Origin: an uncultured Oscillospiraceae bacterium
Lineage (GTDB): Bacteria; Bacillota; Clostridia; Monoglobales; Monoglobaceae
Assembly: GCA_964612315.1 (NCBI GenBank)
Contig: CAZTEA010000001.1
Coordinates: 1 to 31,451 of the forward strand
Length of the DNA stretch: 31,451 nt
Direction: 5' to 3'
Shown one piece after another: positions 10,016 through 19,000 of this stretch. Position numbers and translations under genes: made by a program. Below the pieces are notes generated by a model that saw nothing but the letters and a program-made list of their open reading frames with translations, was not told where the DNA came from and searched no databases. Position 1 is the stretch's first letter, and each line of letters begins with the position of its first letter.

Positions 10016-10104
10016 ATAACTATAGATGCGTCTTATTTCAAATGATTCGACTGTAGCATACGCCACAGCAATATTGCCATCTCTGCACCGCTTTACACAA
10101 AATG

Positions 10105-10137
10105 AAAAAAGCGTACCGGATTTCCAGTACGCTTTTT
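10105..10137 (-). terminator. Terminator immediately 3' of tRNA-Lys
   Basis: AAAAAGCGTAC...GTACGCTTTTT inverted repeat abutting the tRNA CCA end. Confidence 0.75.
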
Positions 10138-10212
10138 GGTACACCATCACGGACTCGAACCGTGGACACCCTGATTAAGAGTCAGGTGCTCTACCAACTG
10201 AGCTAATGGTGC
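10137..10212 (-). tRNA. tRNA-Lys (anticodon CUU), 76 nt, CCA encoded
   Basis: GCACCAT TA GCTC AGTTGGTA GAGC A CCTGA CT-CTT-AA TCAGG GTGTC CACGG TTCGAGT CCGTG ATGGTGT A CCA folds into a complete cloverleaf. Confidence 0.97.
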
Positions 10213-10242
10213 ATACTTGCCGCAACTCATTGCGCAAGTAAT

Positions 10243-10271
10243 ATTATACTACGGTTTTTCCCATTTGTCAA
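10243..10271 (-). promoter_or_regulatory. Consensus sigma-A promoter (TTGACA-17-TATAAT) for tRNA-Lys
   Basis: Minus strand reads ttgaca aatgggaaaaaaccgtag tataat region directly upstream of the tRNA (-35 at 10266-10271, -10 at 10243-10248). Confidence 0.8.
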
Positions 10272-10442
10272 GTAAAATTTTAAATTTTTTTATTTTTTTC
10301 CGAAAAACATTTTCAAACGGTATATAACGACAAATTTTCGCCTTAAAAATCGGAAAATTTATCATAATATTTGACTTACGATAATGTTTTATGGTATTAT
10401 GATAGTATACAGACAGATTATGCGTTTGAAAGGTTGGATAAT

Positions 10443-11690
10443 ATGAACGAGCTTGAAATCAAAGGTCAAATGGCAAAGGCGGCATCGGCTTTTCTCGGCA
10501 CGGCATCAAGCGAAGACAAAAACCGAGTTCTTCTTGCCATGGCAAATGCCATTTACGATAACACCGAGTATATAATTAAGGTAAACGGCGACGATATTGA
10601 AACGGCACGGCAAAACGGATTAAATGAAGGCTTTATCGAGCGCCTTACCCTAACGCCATCAAGAATTGCCGGAATTGCCAAAGGAATTCGCCAAGTGGCA
10701 GAGCTTGACGACCCAATCGGAACATTTATTTCAAGAGATAAACGCCCCAACGGCTTGGAAATCGACAAGGTTAGAGTTCCTCTCGGCGTTATCGGAATCA
10801 TTTACGAGTCACGGCCGAATGTTACGGCAGATGCAGCGGCTTTATGTTTAAAATCAGGCAACTCCTGTATTCTTCGAGGCGGCAAGGAGGCGCTTTGCAC
10901 CAACCTTGTGCTTGTAAACATTATGCAAGAGGCTCTTATAAAGGAAGGTTTTCCGAAAGGCTGTATTAACTTGGTTGAAGATACCTCACGAGAAACCGCA
11001 ACCGCTCTTATGCGGCTTAATAAATATCTTGATGTTATTATCCCCCGAGGCGGAGCGGGACTTATCCGTGCGGTGGTTGAAAACGCTACCGTTCCGGCAA
11101 TCGAGACGGGAACCGGGAACTGTCATGTTTATGTAGATAAATACGCCGACCTTTCTATGGCACGAGATATCGTTATTAACGCCAAAACCTCTCGACCCTC
11201 TGTTTGCAATGCGGAGGAAAAGTTGCTTGTGCACAAAGATATTGCCGACAGATTTTTGCCCGCAATGATTTCCGCATTAACGGAAGAGGGTGTTGAAATT
11301 GTAGGCGACGAAAAGGTTTGCGCTATGTATCCAAACGCTTCTGCCGCAACGGAAGAAGACTGGGGTGAAGAATATCTTGCGCTTAAAATCGGCATTAAAG
11401 TAGTTGCGTCGATTGAAGAAGCCATTGCGCATATTAACAAATACGGAACGCTTCACTCTGAGGCAATTGTGACCGAAAATATGCCCAATGCGCAAAAATT
11501 CTTAAAAGAAGTTGATGCGGCGGCAGTATATGTAAACGCCTCAACAAGATTTACGGACGGATTTGAATTCGGATTCGGAGCGGAAATCGGAATAAGCACA
11601 CAAAAAATCCATGCTCGTGGACCTATGGGACTTAACGAGCTTACAACATCAAAATATCTAATCCGTGGCAACGGACAAATAAGGGGATAA
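10443..11690 (+). CDS. proA: Gamma-glutamyl phosphate reductase (glutamate-5-semialdehyde dehydrogenase)
   Basis: RVPLGVIGIIYESRPNVT, LCLKSGNSCILRGGKEA, IPRGGAGLI, GTGNCHVYVD, SVCNAEE, VYVNASTRFTDGFEFGFGAEIGISTQKIHARGPMGL; AAGGT RBS before the ATG at 10443. Confidence 0.96.
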   Translation: MNELEIKGQMAKAASAFLGTASSEDKNRVLLAMANAIYDNTEYIIKVNGDDIETARQNGLNEGFIERLTLTPSRIAGIAKGIRQVAELDDPIGTFISRDKRPNGLEIDKVRVPLGVIGIIYESRPNVTADAAALCLKSGNSCILRGGKEALCTNLVLVNIMQEALIKEGFPKGCINLVEDTSRETATALMRLNKYLDVIIPRGGAGLIRAVVENATVPAIETGTGNCHVYVDKYADLSMARDIVINAKTSRPSVCNAEEKLLVHKDIADRFLPAMISALTEEGVEIVGDEKVCAMYPNASAATEEDWGEEYLALKIGIKVVASIEEAIAHINKYGTLHSEAIVTENMPNAQKFLKEVDAAAVYVNASTRFTDGFEFGFGAEIGISTQKIHARGPMGLNELTTSKYLIRGNGQIRG

Positions 11691-11694
11691 AATT

Positions 11695-12897
11695 ATGAAT
11701 TTACTTGTTGGACAATCGGGCGGACCCACCGCCGTTATAAACGCTTCCTTGGCAGGAGTGATTGAAGGCGGTTTGAAATCGCCGAAAGTGGAAAAAATCT
11801 ACGGAATGGTTGGAGGAATTGAGGGTGTTTTGGAAGACCGAATTATGGAGCTAACCGACTTTTCCTCCGATAAAATCAAGCTTTTAACACAGACGCCGTC
11901 ATCATTTCTCGGCTCTTGCAGAAAAAAACTGGGAGACGATTCCGAAACATACGAAAAGATTTTTGAAATTTTCCAAAAATACGATATCGGCTTTTTCTTC
12001 TACATCGGCGGAAACGATTCGATGGATACCGCCGCAAAACTTAGCCGCTACGCAAATGAAATCGGTTCGGATGTGAGAATTTGCGGCGTCCCTAAAACAA
12101 TCGATAATGACCTTGTAATCACAGACCACACGCCGGGTTACGGCTCTGCCGCAAAGTTTGTTGCAAACATCGTGCGGCAATTGGCGCTTGACACTATGGT
12201 TTATAAAATGCACTCCGTGGTTGTTCTTGAAATTATGGGCAGAAATGCCGGTTGGCTCACAGCGGCCGCGGCGCTCGGCAATGACGAAAGCTTGCTCGGC
12301 ACCAATGTAATCTGCCTTCCCGAAAGGGTTTTTGACCCCGATAAATTTTTACAAAAGATTGCCAAAAATATGGAGACAAACACCGCTCCGATTATTGCAA
12401 TTTCCGAAGGAATTAAGGATGCCGACGGAAGATACATAGGCGAAGGCATCTCATTAAAGGAGGCAAACGACGGATTTGCTCATGCTGCGTTGGGCGGAGT
12501 CGGACGAATTGTGGAAAATCTTATTTCAAAAGAGCTTAATATAAAGACCAGAACCATCGAACTTTCCACCTTGCAAAGATGTTTTTCGCAAGGCGCATCC
12601 GCTTGCGATGTGCAAGAGGCTTTCGCTGTGGGTTATGAAGCGGTTAATCTTGCCGCAGCGGGCGAAACAGGATTTATGCCTTGCTTTAAGCGAATTTCCG
12701 ATTCTCCTTACGAAATGGAAATCGTGCCGCATTCAGTATCGGAAATTGCAAATTTCGAAAAATCCGTTCCAAATTCTATGATAACTGCCGACGGTATGGG
12801 TGTTACCGACGAATTTATCAAATATGCCCGTCCTCTTATTTTGGGCGAGCCGGACAGAATTTATGAAAACGGAATATTAAAATTTATAACAAGATAA
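11695..12897 (+). CDS. 6-phosphofructokinase, probably pyrophosphate-dependent
   Basis: GQSGGPTAVIN, YIGGNDSMDT (Asp at the G104-equivalent position), PKTIDNDL, EIMGRNAGWL. Confidence 0.88.
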   Translation: MNLLVGQSGGPTAVINASLAGVIEGGLKSPKVEKIYGMVGGIEGVLEDRIMELTDFSSDKIKLLTQTPSSFLGSCRKKLGDDSETYEKIFEIFQKYDIGFFFYIGGNDSMDTAAKLSRYANEIGSDVRICGVPKTIDNDLVITDHTPGYGSAAKFVANIVRQLALDTMVYKMHSVVVLEIMGRNAGWLTAAAALGNDESLLGTNVICLPERVFDPDKFLQKIAKNMETNTAPIIAISEGIKDADGRYIGEGISLKEANDGFAHAALGGVGRIVENLISKELNIKTRTIELSTLQRCFSQGASACDVQEAFAVGYEAVNLAAAGETGFMPCFKRISDSPYEMEIVPHSVSEIANFEKSVPNSMITADGMGVTDEFIKYARPLILGEPDRIYENGILKFITR

Positions 12898-12924
12898 GCA
12901 TTCTGTTACGAAAGGAAAATATCA

Positions 12925-13089
12925 ATGAAAAAAGTTTATTTATCTCCTGAAATCTCCGACATCATTTTAGAGACCGAGGATATTGTTACAGCCAGCGCCT
13001 CTCTTATCGGAGGCGACCACCATGCCGGCGGAGCTTCTGCTACCGTAAGCGAAACCGCTTGGAGAGAAGAATTGAGCACAGGATTATAA
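12925..13089 (+). CDS. 54-aa small peptide with a RiPP/lasso-leader-like N-terminus (below the ORF-track cutoff)
   Basis: AAAGGA RBS 8 nt upstream; translates as MKKVYLSPEISDIILETEDIVTASASLIGGDHHAGGASATVSETAWREELSTGL*; fills the gap between pfk and the next gene, whose ATG is 2 nt after the stop. Confidence 0.75.
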   Translation: MKKVYLSPEISDIILETEDIVTASASLIGGDHHAGGASATVSETAWREELSTGL

Positions 13090-13091
13090 TT

Positions 13092-13523
13092 ATGAAGAAA
13101 ATAAGTATTCTTACAGCTTTTATGTTAATACTGGCTTGGTATCCCTGTTTTGCAACAAACTATGTATCCGTAAATTTAAACAGTACCCCAATAAATCTCA
13201 ATATGCCTGCAAGAATTATAAACAGAACAACTATGGTTCCCATGCGCTCATTTTTTGATGAATTCGGGGCAAAGGTGTATTGGTATGACAAGCACCAAAT
13301 GATTGTGGCGTCTTACGGTTCTACCCTCGCCACTATGAAAATCGGCTCAAATGTTATGCTCGTTCAAGATGCTTTTTCCGATGAAAACGCAATCAAAACA
13401 TTAGACGCCCCACCGCTTTTAATTGACGGAAATACTTTTATTCCGCTCCGAGCGGCGGCAGAGTGTTTTAACGCACAAGTTTTGTGGGACAGCGCCTCAT
13501 ACTCGGTAAATTTAACTATATGA
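13092..13523 (+). CDS. Secreted protein consisting only of a copper-amine-oxidase N-terminal-like (stalk) domain
   Basis: MKKISILTAFMLILAWYPCFA signal peptide; PARIINRTTMVPMRSFFDEFGAKVYW...TMKIGS...LDAPPLLIDGNTFIPLRAAAECFNAQVLWD. Start set at the ATG at 13092. Confidence 0.85.
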   Translation: MKKISILTAFMLILAWYPCFATNYVSVNLNSTPINLNMPARIINRTTMVPMRSFFDEFGAKVYWYDKHQMIVASYGSTLATMKIGSNVMLVQDAFSDENAIKTLDAPPLLIDGNTFIPLRAAAECFNAQVLWDSASYSVNLTI

Positions 13524-13542
13524 TAAACGAAAGAGAGATATT

Positions 13543-15033
13543 ATGAAAAAAGTTTTAAGTGTTATTCTAATTCTGACATTACTGCTTACCGCAGCCTCTG
13601 TCTCTGCTTTTTCTGCACCAAACGATACCGCCACAGTCACCGTCATCGGAAAAGACAGCGGATATTACGAAACTCTGGACGGCACTAAAACAGGGCTTCT
13701 TAGGTTTCTTGCAAAAATTGACTTTCAAAACAGTTATGACCTTTCCTCTTACGGAATGAAGTTTATTCCGCTCAGCATTTTTGACAACGAAAGCGTAACC
13801 TCGAAAACATGGGCAAGCGTTACAAACAATAACTCCTCAAACTTCAACAGCGGTAACACTTTTACCGCAGACCTTGAAAATATATCCGAAACCTTTTTCG
13901 GCGAAGATTTTTTGGGCGTTGCCTTTGCTTCCTTTCAAGGCTGTGACGATGTAGTGTTCAGCGAACCAAGCTCCATGTCCGTAAATAAAGTTGACCAAAG
14001 CAAAAAGCTCGGGATAAAGCAAAATTTACAATGCGACGCAAACGGCGATTTCAGAATTTTGATTGTTGCCGACCCTCACGGAAGTTGGGAAGCCTCTGCC
14101 GCAAATCTTGAAACCTTGCTGACAAAAACAAATCCCGATTTTGTAATTATTCACGGAGATATTTATATGTCCGCTTACGGCGCTATGGATACCGACGGCT
14201 TTAATACATTGGTTACGCCGCTGACCGAAAGGGGAATTCCTTGGACGATAACCAACGGCAATCACGACCCGTATACCGATTCCGATTGGGCAACTTTTAC
14301 AAGCTACAACGGATTCTTAGGTGAAAAAGTTTCCTCTTCAGATCCCAACTATGTAGCGGAAAGACCCGTAAATTATGTTCTTCCGATTTACGCAAACGAC
14401 GGCAAAACGCCCGTTTTCAACATTTGGGCAATGGATACGGGTAAAAACACCTCATCTGGCAAATACGACGGCGTGACCGCCGCTCAAATTGATTGGTATA
14501 AAGCAAAGTCAGCCGAGCTAAAAGCCCTTTACGGCAAAGACTTAGCAGGGCTTATGTGTATTCATATTCCGCCAACGGAAATGATTGACCTTTATTACAG
14601 CAAAATCGGCGGCGGAACAAGTACGGTGGGAACAGCGGGCAATGCCAATTTACCAATTTACGGACAGGTTTACGGTAACTTTGCGGGCGTTACCGACTAT
14701 ACCACATCCACCGGCACATTTATTTCCTCTACCGCGATGAACGCCACACACCCTTCCAACAACCGTGGCTTATTCACCGCTATAAAAGAAACGGGAAATA
14801 TCAATGTCTTAATCTCGGGACATGACCATTTAAACAATTTTATCGGAAACTATCAAGGGATTTTAATGGGCTTTACCGGAAGAATTGTTGACGAGACTTA
14901 CAGTCGAGGCGCAAGAATTATCGACTTCAATCAAGAAAGTCCGAATGCTTTCACCGCAAGCTGGATCTCTCTTTACGACGGCGGAGAAGACCAACCGCCC
15001 ATTTATCAAGACGGAAGTATTGCATACCGATAA
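13543..15033 (+). CDS. Secreted calcineurin-like metallophosphoesterase with an uncharacterised N-terminal domain
   Basis: Signal peptide MKKVLSVILILTLLLTAASVSA; metallophosphoesterase motifs FRILIVADPH, VIIHGD, NGNHD, HIP, GHDHLN. Confidence 0.85.
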   Translation: MKKVLSVILILTLLLTAASVSAFSAPNDTATVTVIGKDSGYYETLDGTKTGLLRFLAKIDFQNSYDLSSYGMKFIPLSIFDNESVTSKTWASVTNNNSSNFNSGNTFTADLENISETFFGEDFLGVAFASFQGCDDVVFSEPSSMSVNKVDQSKKLGIKQNLQCDANGDFRILIVADPHGSWEASAANLETLLTKTNPDFVIIHGDIYMSAYGAMDTDGFNTLVTPLTERGIPWTITNGNHDPYTDSDWATFTSYNGFLGEKVSSSDPNYVAERPVNYVLPIYANDGKTPVFNIWAMDTGKNTSSGKYDGVTAAQIDWYKAKSAELKALYGKDLAGLMCIHIPPTEMIDLYYSKIGGGTSTVGTAGNANLPIYGQVYGNFAGVTDYTTSTGTFISSTAMNATHPSNNRGLFTAIKETGNINVLISGHDHLNNFIGNYQGILMGFTGRIVDETYSRGARIIDFNQESPNAFTASWISLYDGGEDQPPIYQDGSIAYR

Positions 15034-15070
15034 CAATAAACGGAGTGCTTTTGGCACTCCGTTTATTGTT
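15032..15070. terminator. Perfect 17-bp inverted repeat; probable terminator of the proA operon
   Basis: AACAATAAACGGAGTGC-ttttg-GCACTCCGTTTATTGTT directly after the phosphoesterase stop. Confidence 0.8.
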
Positions 15071-15097
15071 GCAACCGCAAAGAAAATGTGTTATAAT
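15069..15097 (+). promoter_or_regulatory. Sigma-A promoter (TTGCAA-17-TATAAT, extended TGn) for the rlu-addA genes
   Basis: ttgcaa ccgcaaagaaaatgtgt tataat, overlapping the right end of the inverted repeat. Confidence 0.7.
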
Positions 15098-15165
15098 TGG
15101 CGTATGAAGAATTTTCGGCGATAACGCCGTCAAAACATAACAGCGCCGCAAAGGAGGGCTTTGTC

Positions 15166-16050
15166 GTGAAACAAATTATTATTAACAGCAACGATGCTGG
15201 ACAACGGCTGGATAAATTCCTGACGAAATATTTTAAGCATCTCCCTTCGAGTATGATTTATAAATGGCTGCGGAAAAAGAAAATTCGACTTGACAAAAAA
15301 CATCCTAAAAATGATGTTATTGTAAACGAGGGAAGTATTTTGGAGCTTTATGTCAACGACGAATTTTTCCCTGCCGAAAAGAAAATTCCAAGTTTTCTTT
15401 CGCAGGCTCCGAACCCTAAAATTGTCTATGAGGACAAAAATATAATAATAACCGACAAACCTTCAGGCATTTGCGCTCACGACGGTGAAAACAGCCTTAT
15501 AAATATGATTTTGGGTTATTTGTACCGCAAAGGGGAATATAACCCTCTAACCGAAAACACTTTTGCGCCGGCACTTTGCCACCGAATTGACAGAAATACA
15601 TCGGGGCTTGTAATCGGAGCAAAAAACGCAAAAGCTCTCCGCTTTTTTAACGAAAAAATTCGCAATAGAGAAATTAAAAAAATCTATTTTCTTCAAATTG
15701 AAGGCAGCCTCGAAAACAACGAAGGCACAATAGAAGGTTATATTAAAAAAGATGAACAAAGTAACAAGGTTATATTTTCGCAGCAAGAAAAAGAAGGCTT
15801 TAAAAAGGCAATAACCGCTTATCGCAAGGTAGACGGCGGAGTTGAAGCCGAGCTTATAACCGGCAGAACTCACCAAATCAGAGCTTCATTTGCCTATATC
15901 GGTCATCCGCTGTGCGGCGATGTTAAATATGGCGCAAAAAAGAACGGGCGTAACGATTTTCAGCAATTATGCGCCCGAAAGCTTATTTTTGATTTTTGCG
16001 ATAACGGCGATTTTAAATACCTAAACGGAAAAATATTTGAGGTGAAATAA
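15166..16050 (+). CDS. RluA-family (RluC/RluD-like) RNA pseudouridine synthase with S4 domain
   Basis: AGQRLDKFL S4 domain, DKPSG, catalytic HRIDRNTSGL, TGRTHQIR, GHPLCGDVKYG; AAGGAGG RBS supports a GTG start at 15166. Confidence 0.92.
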   Translation: MKQIIINSNDAGQRLDKFLTKYFKHLPSSMIYKWLRKKKIRLDKKHPKNDVIVNEGSILELYVNDEFFPAEKKIPSFLSQAPNPKIVYEDKNIIITDKPSGICAHDGENSLINMILGYLYRKGEYNPLTENTFAPALCHRIDRNTSGLVIGAKNAKALRFFNEKIRNREIKKIYFLQIEGSLENNEGTIEGYIKKDEQSNKVIFSQQEKEGFKKAITAYRKVDGGVEAELITGRTHQIRASFAYIGHPLCGDVKYGAKKNGRNDFQQLCARKLIFDFCDNGDFKYLNGKIFEVK

Positions 16051-19000
16051 TGAATTGGACTCCCGCCCAACAAGAAGCAATTGAATATCGAGGAAAAAAT
16101 GTTCTCCTGTCGGCGGCGGCAGGCTCAGGTAAGACCGCCGTCTTGGTTCAGCGTGTAATTGAGATGATTATCAAAGATTCCGTTTCTGTCAGCGAACTTT
16201 TGATTCTTACCTTTACGGAAGCTGCCGCAAAAGAAATGAAACACAAGATTGCCGCCGCAATTGACCGTGAATTTCTTGCCAATCCGCAAAACACGCATCT
16301 TAAAAATCAGCGCATTCTTATAAACAGCGCAAATATTTCCACAATTCACGCTTTCTGTTTGGAAGTAATCAAAGGAAATATTCATAAAACCGATATTCCC
16401 GTTAATTTCTCAATTATTTCGGAAATTGAAAACACAATGCTTAAAGAAAAAGCGTTGGATGCGGTATTGTCCGCATTTTACAAAAACATAGACATTTTGC
16501 CCTCTTTCAAGCAGCTTGCATTGGGATACGGTTCGGATAAGGGCGACAAAAATTTGCGTAAAACAATTCTCGGAATAATGAATTTCGCCTCCAGTATGCC
16601 CTATCCTTCCAAATGGCTGAACTGTGCCGCAAAAGACTATAAATTCGAGACTTTTACACAATCGCCTTGGCATAAGCGCCTGTTTGAATACAGCCTTAAG
16701 CTCGCAGATAATCTGGAAGAAATTTATAATGAAATACTTGGTATTATCGATAGCAATTTTCCAAAAGAGCACTCTTATTACTCCTTTTTTATTAACGAGA
16801 AAAATCAGCTTTCACCCATTAAATCCGCAATCGCCGAAAAAAGCTACGATAATACTCGCTTAGCAATTAAAAACTTCAAGTTCGAACGCATACCGCCCAA
16901 ATCAAAAAAGGATACGGAACTACATCTTGCGCAAGATAAAGTTAAAAGTTTTAGAGAGCTGGCAAAATCCGTATTTAAAGACCTTGCGGGATTATTTACG
17001 GTGAGTGAAGAGCGAACCGTACAGCAGCTTAAAGATACAGAGCCCGTGGTAAGAACTCTTAAAAATATCGTCTTAATGACAATGCGACTTCACAAAAATA
17101 TGAAGCGAGCCAAAGACTTTCTTGATTTTAACGACTTAGAACACGAGCTCCTTCATCTTCTTGCCCGAAAAGACGGACACCCCACCAAGGTTGCTCTTTC
17201 TCTCAGGGAGAAATATCGGGAAATTCTTGTGGACGAATATCAAGACTCCAACTATATCCAAGAATATATTTTCTCTCTGATTTCACGAAACGAAACAAAC
17301 ATCTTTGCCATAGGCGACATTAAGCAAAGCATCTATAAATTCAGAAACGCTGTTCCCGATATTTTCACAGCAAAATACGCTCGATATGAGCATAACGACG
17401 GCGGACATTTAATCGCCTTATCCCAAAATTTCAGAAGTCGTTCAAATGTTATCGACTTCACCAACTTCATTTTCGAAAAAATTATGACCCCTAAAATAGG
17501 TCAAATTGAATACGGAGAAAAAGAAAAATTGGTTCAGGGCGCCCACTTCCCTACTCCAAATATCCCTGTGCTTTACGGAACGGAGATAAACATTGTTGAC
17601 GGACGTGAAACGGAAAATGCTACAATTTCTGAAGCACTTAGTATCGGTCGGTACATTTTAAAAACCGTTAACGAGAAAAAACTTCTAATCACCGATTCGA
17701 AAACAAGCGAGCTTCGCCCAGTTCAATTTTCCGATATTGTAATTCTTATGCGGAACACAAAATCAACCGCCCCTGTTTTTGAAGAGGTTTTCGAAAAACT
17801 CGGAATACCTTTATACAGCGAAAGCGGCCGAAGCTATCTCACAACCGTTGAGGTTCAAACAGTATTGTCTTACCTGCAAATAATAGACAATCCACATCAA
17901 GATATTCCGTTAATTGCGGTTTTGCGCTCGCCGATTTGGAAATTTACTCCGGATATGCTGGCAACAATCCGCTCAAAGCAACGAAAAACCGATTTTTACG
18001 ACGCACTACAAGAAGCCGCCAAAAGCGGCGATGTATCTTGCGCAAGATTTATTGGCGAATTGGAAGAGCTAAGATTTAAAGCGGAATTTTTAAAGGTTTC
18101 TGATTTAATTTTGACCATCTGTGAAAAATATCATTATACCGAAATCGTTTCCGGAATGAAAAACGGTAGACAAAAAGCCGAAAATCTCCGTTTACTTTTT
18201 GAAAGAGCGGCTGAATTTGATACCGGCTCACTCGGAACTCTTTCGGGATTTATGCTTTATATTCAGGCGATATTAGACTCCGATAAAGATTTGTCTCCCG
18301 CAAGGATAGACGGTGAAAATTCGGATTCCGTGACCATTATGAGTATCCATAAATCAAAGGGGTTGGAATTTCCCGTCGTTATTCTTGCCAACGCTTTCAG
18401 CGAATTTAACACCGATGACATTCGACAAAATATTTTGCGTCACGACAGATACGGCCTGGGGCTTAAATTCGCCGACACGGAAAAAAGGATAATTTATCCG
18501 TCGGTTCCCCACAAAATCATTACCGGCACTATGAAAGAAGAGCTTCTTGCCGAGGAAATACGGCTTTTATATGTAGCTCTTACCCGTGCAAAAGAAAAGC
18601 TCGTCATATCAGCTGTCATAAAAAACCGCACAAGTGCATGGGCTTCGCCATATCTTGCGCAAGACAGGCTGTTAACAGCCGGAATTTTAAGCGCTCGCTC
18701 TCTCGGTGATTTTATTTTGTATGCTTTGGCAACTCACCAATCCTCAGATGTTTTGGATGATATGTATAAAATTTTATACGAAAAAAGAATTGCCAAAGAT
18801 GATAAATTTGTTAAAATCTCAGTTGTATCGGGCGAAAATGCGGACGATGTTGGTTTATCCTCCGAAGAAACAAAAAATGACGCCGAGGATAAAATTGATG
18901 CTGCTCTTAACGATAAACTCAGCTATTCCTATGCTTATGCCGGCGATAGACAAATCCCCCTTAAAATATCGGTCAGCGAAGCCAAGCATCATCTCATCGA

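Noticed and set aside
9953-10150. 65-aa minus-strand ORF starting inside the tRNA
   Set aside because: It starts within tRNA-Lys and crosses two terminators.
15099-15150. Possible pseudoknot/riboswitch in the pseudouridine synthase leader (GGCG/CGCC repeats)
   Set aside because: The first GGCG lies upstream of the likely transcription start, the helices are only 4-5 bp, and no known aptamer motif is present.
15097-15165. N-terminal extension of the RluA-family ORF in the ORF track; similar extensions for ctsR, proA, fabK, AraC and the 8857 and 13059 ORFs
   Set aside because: The upstream starts overlap promoters or neighbouring genes; RBS position and family N-termini support the downstream starts used here.
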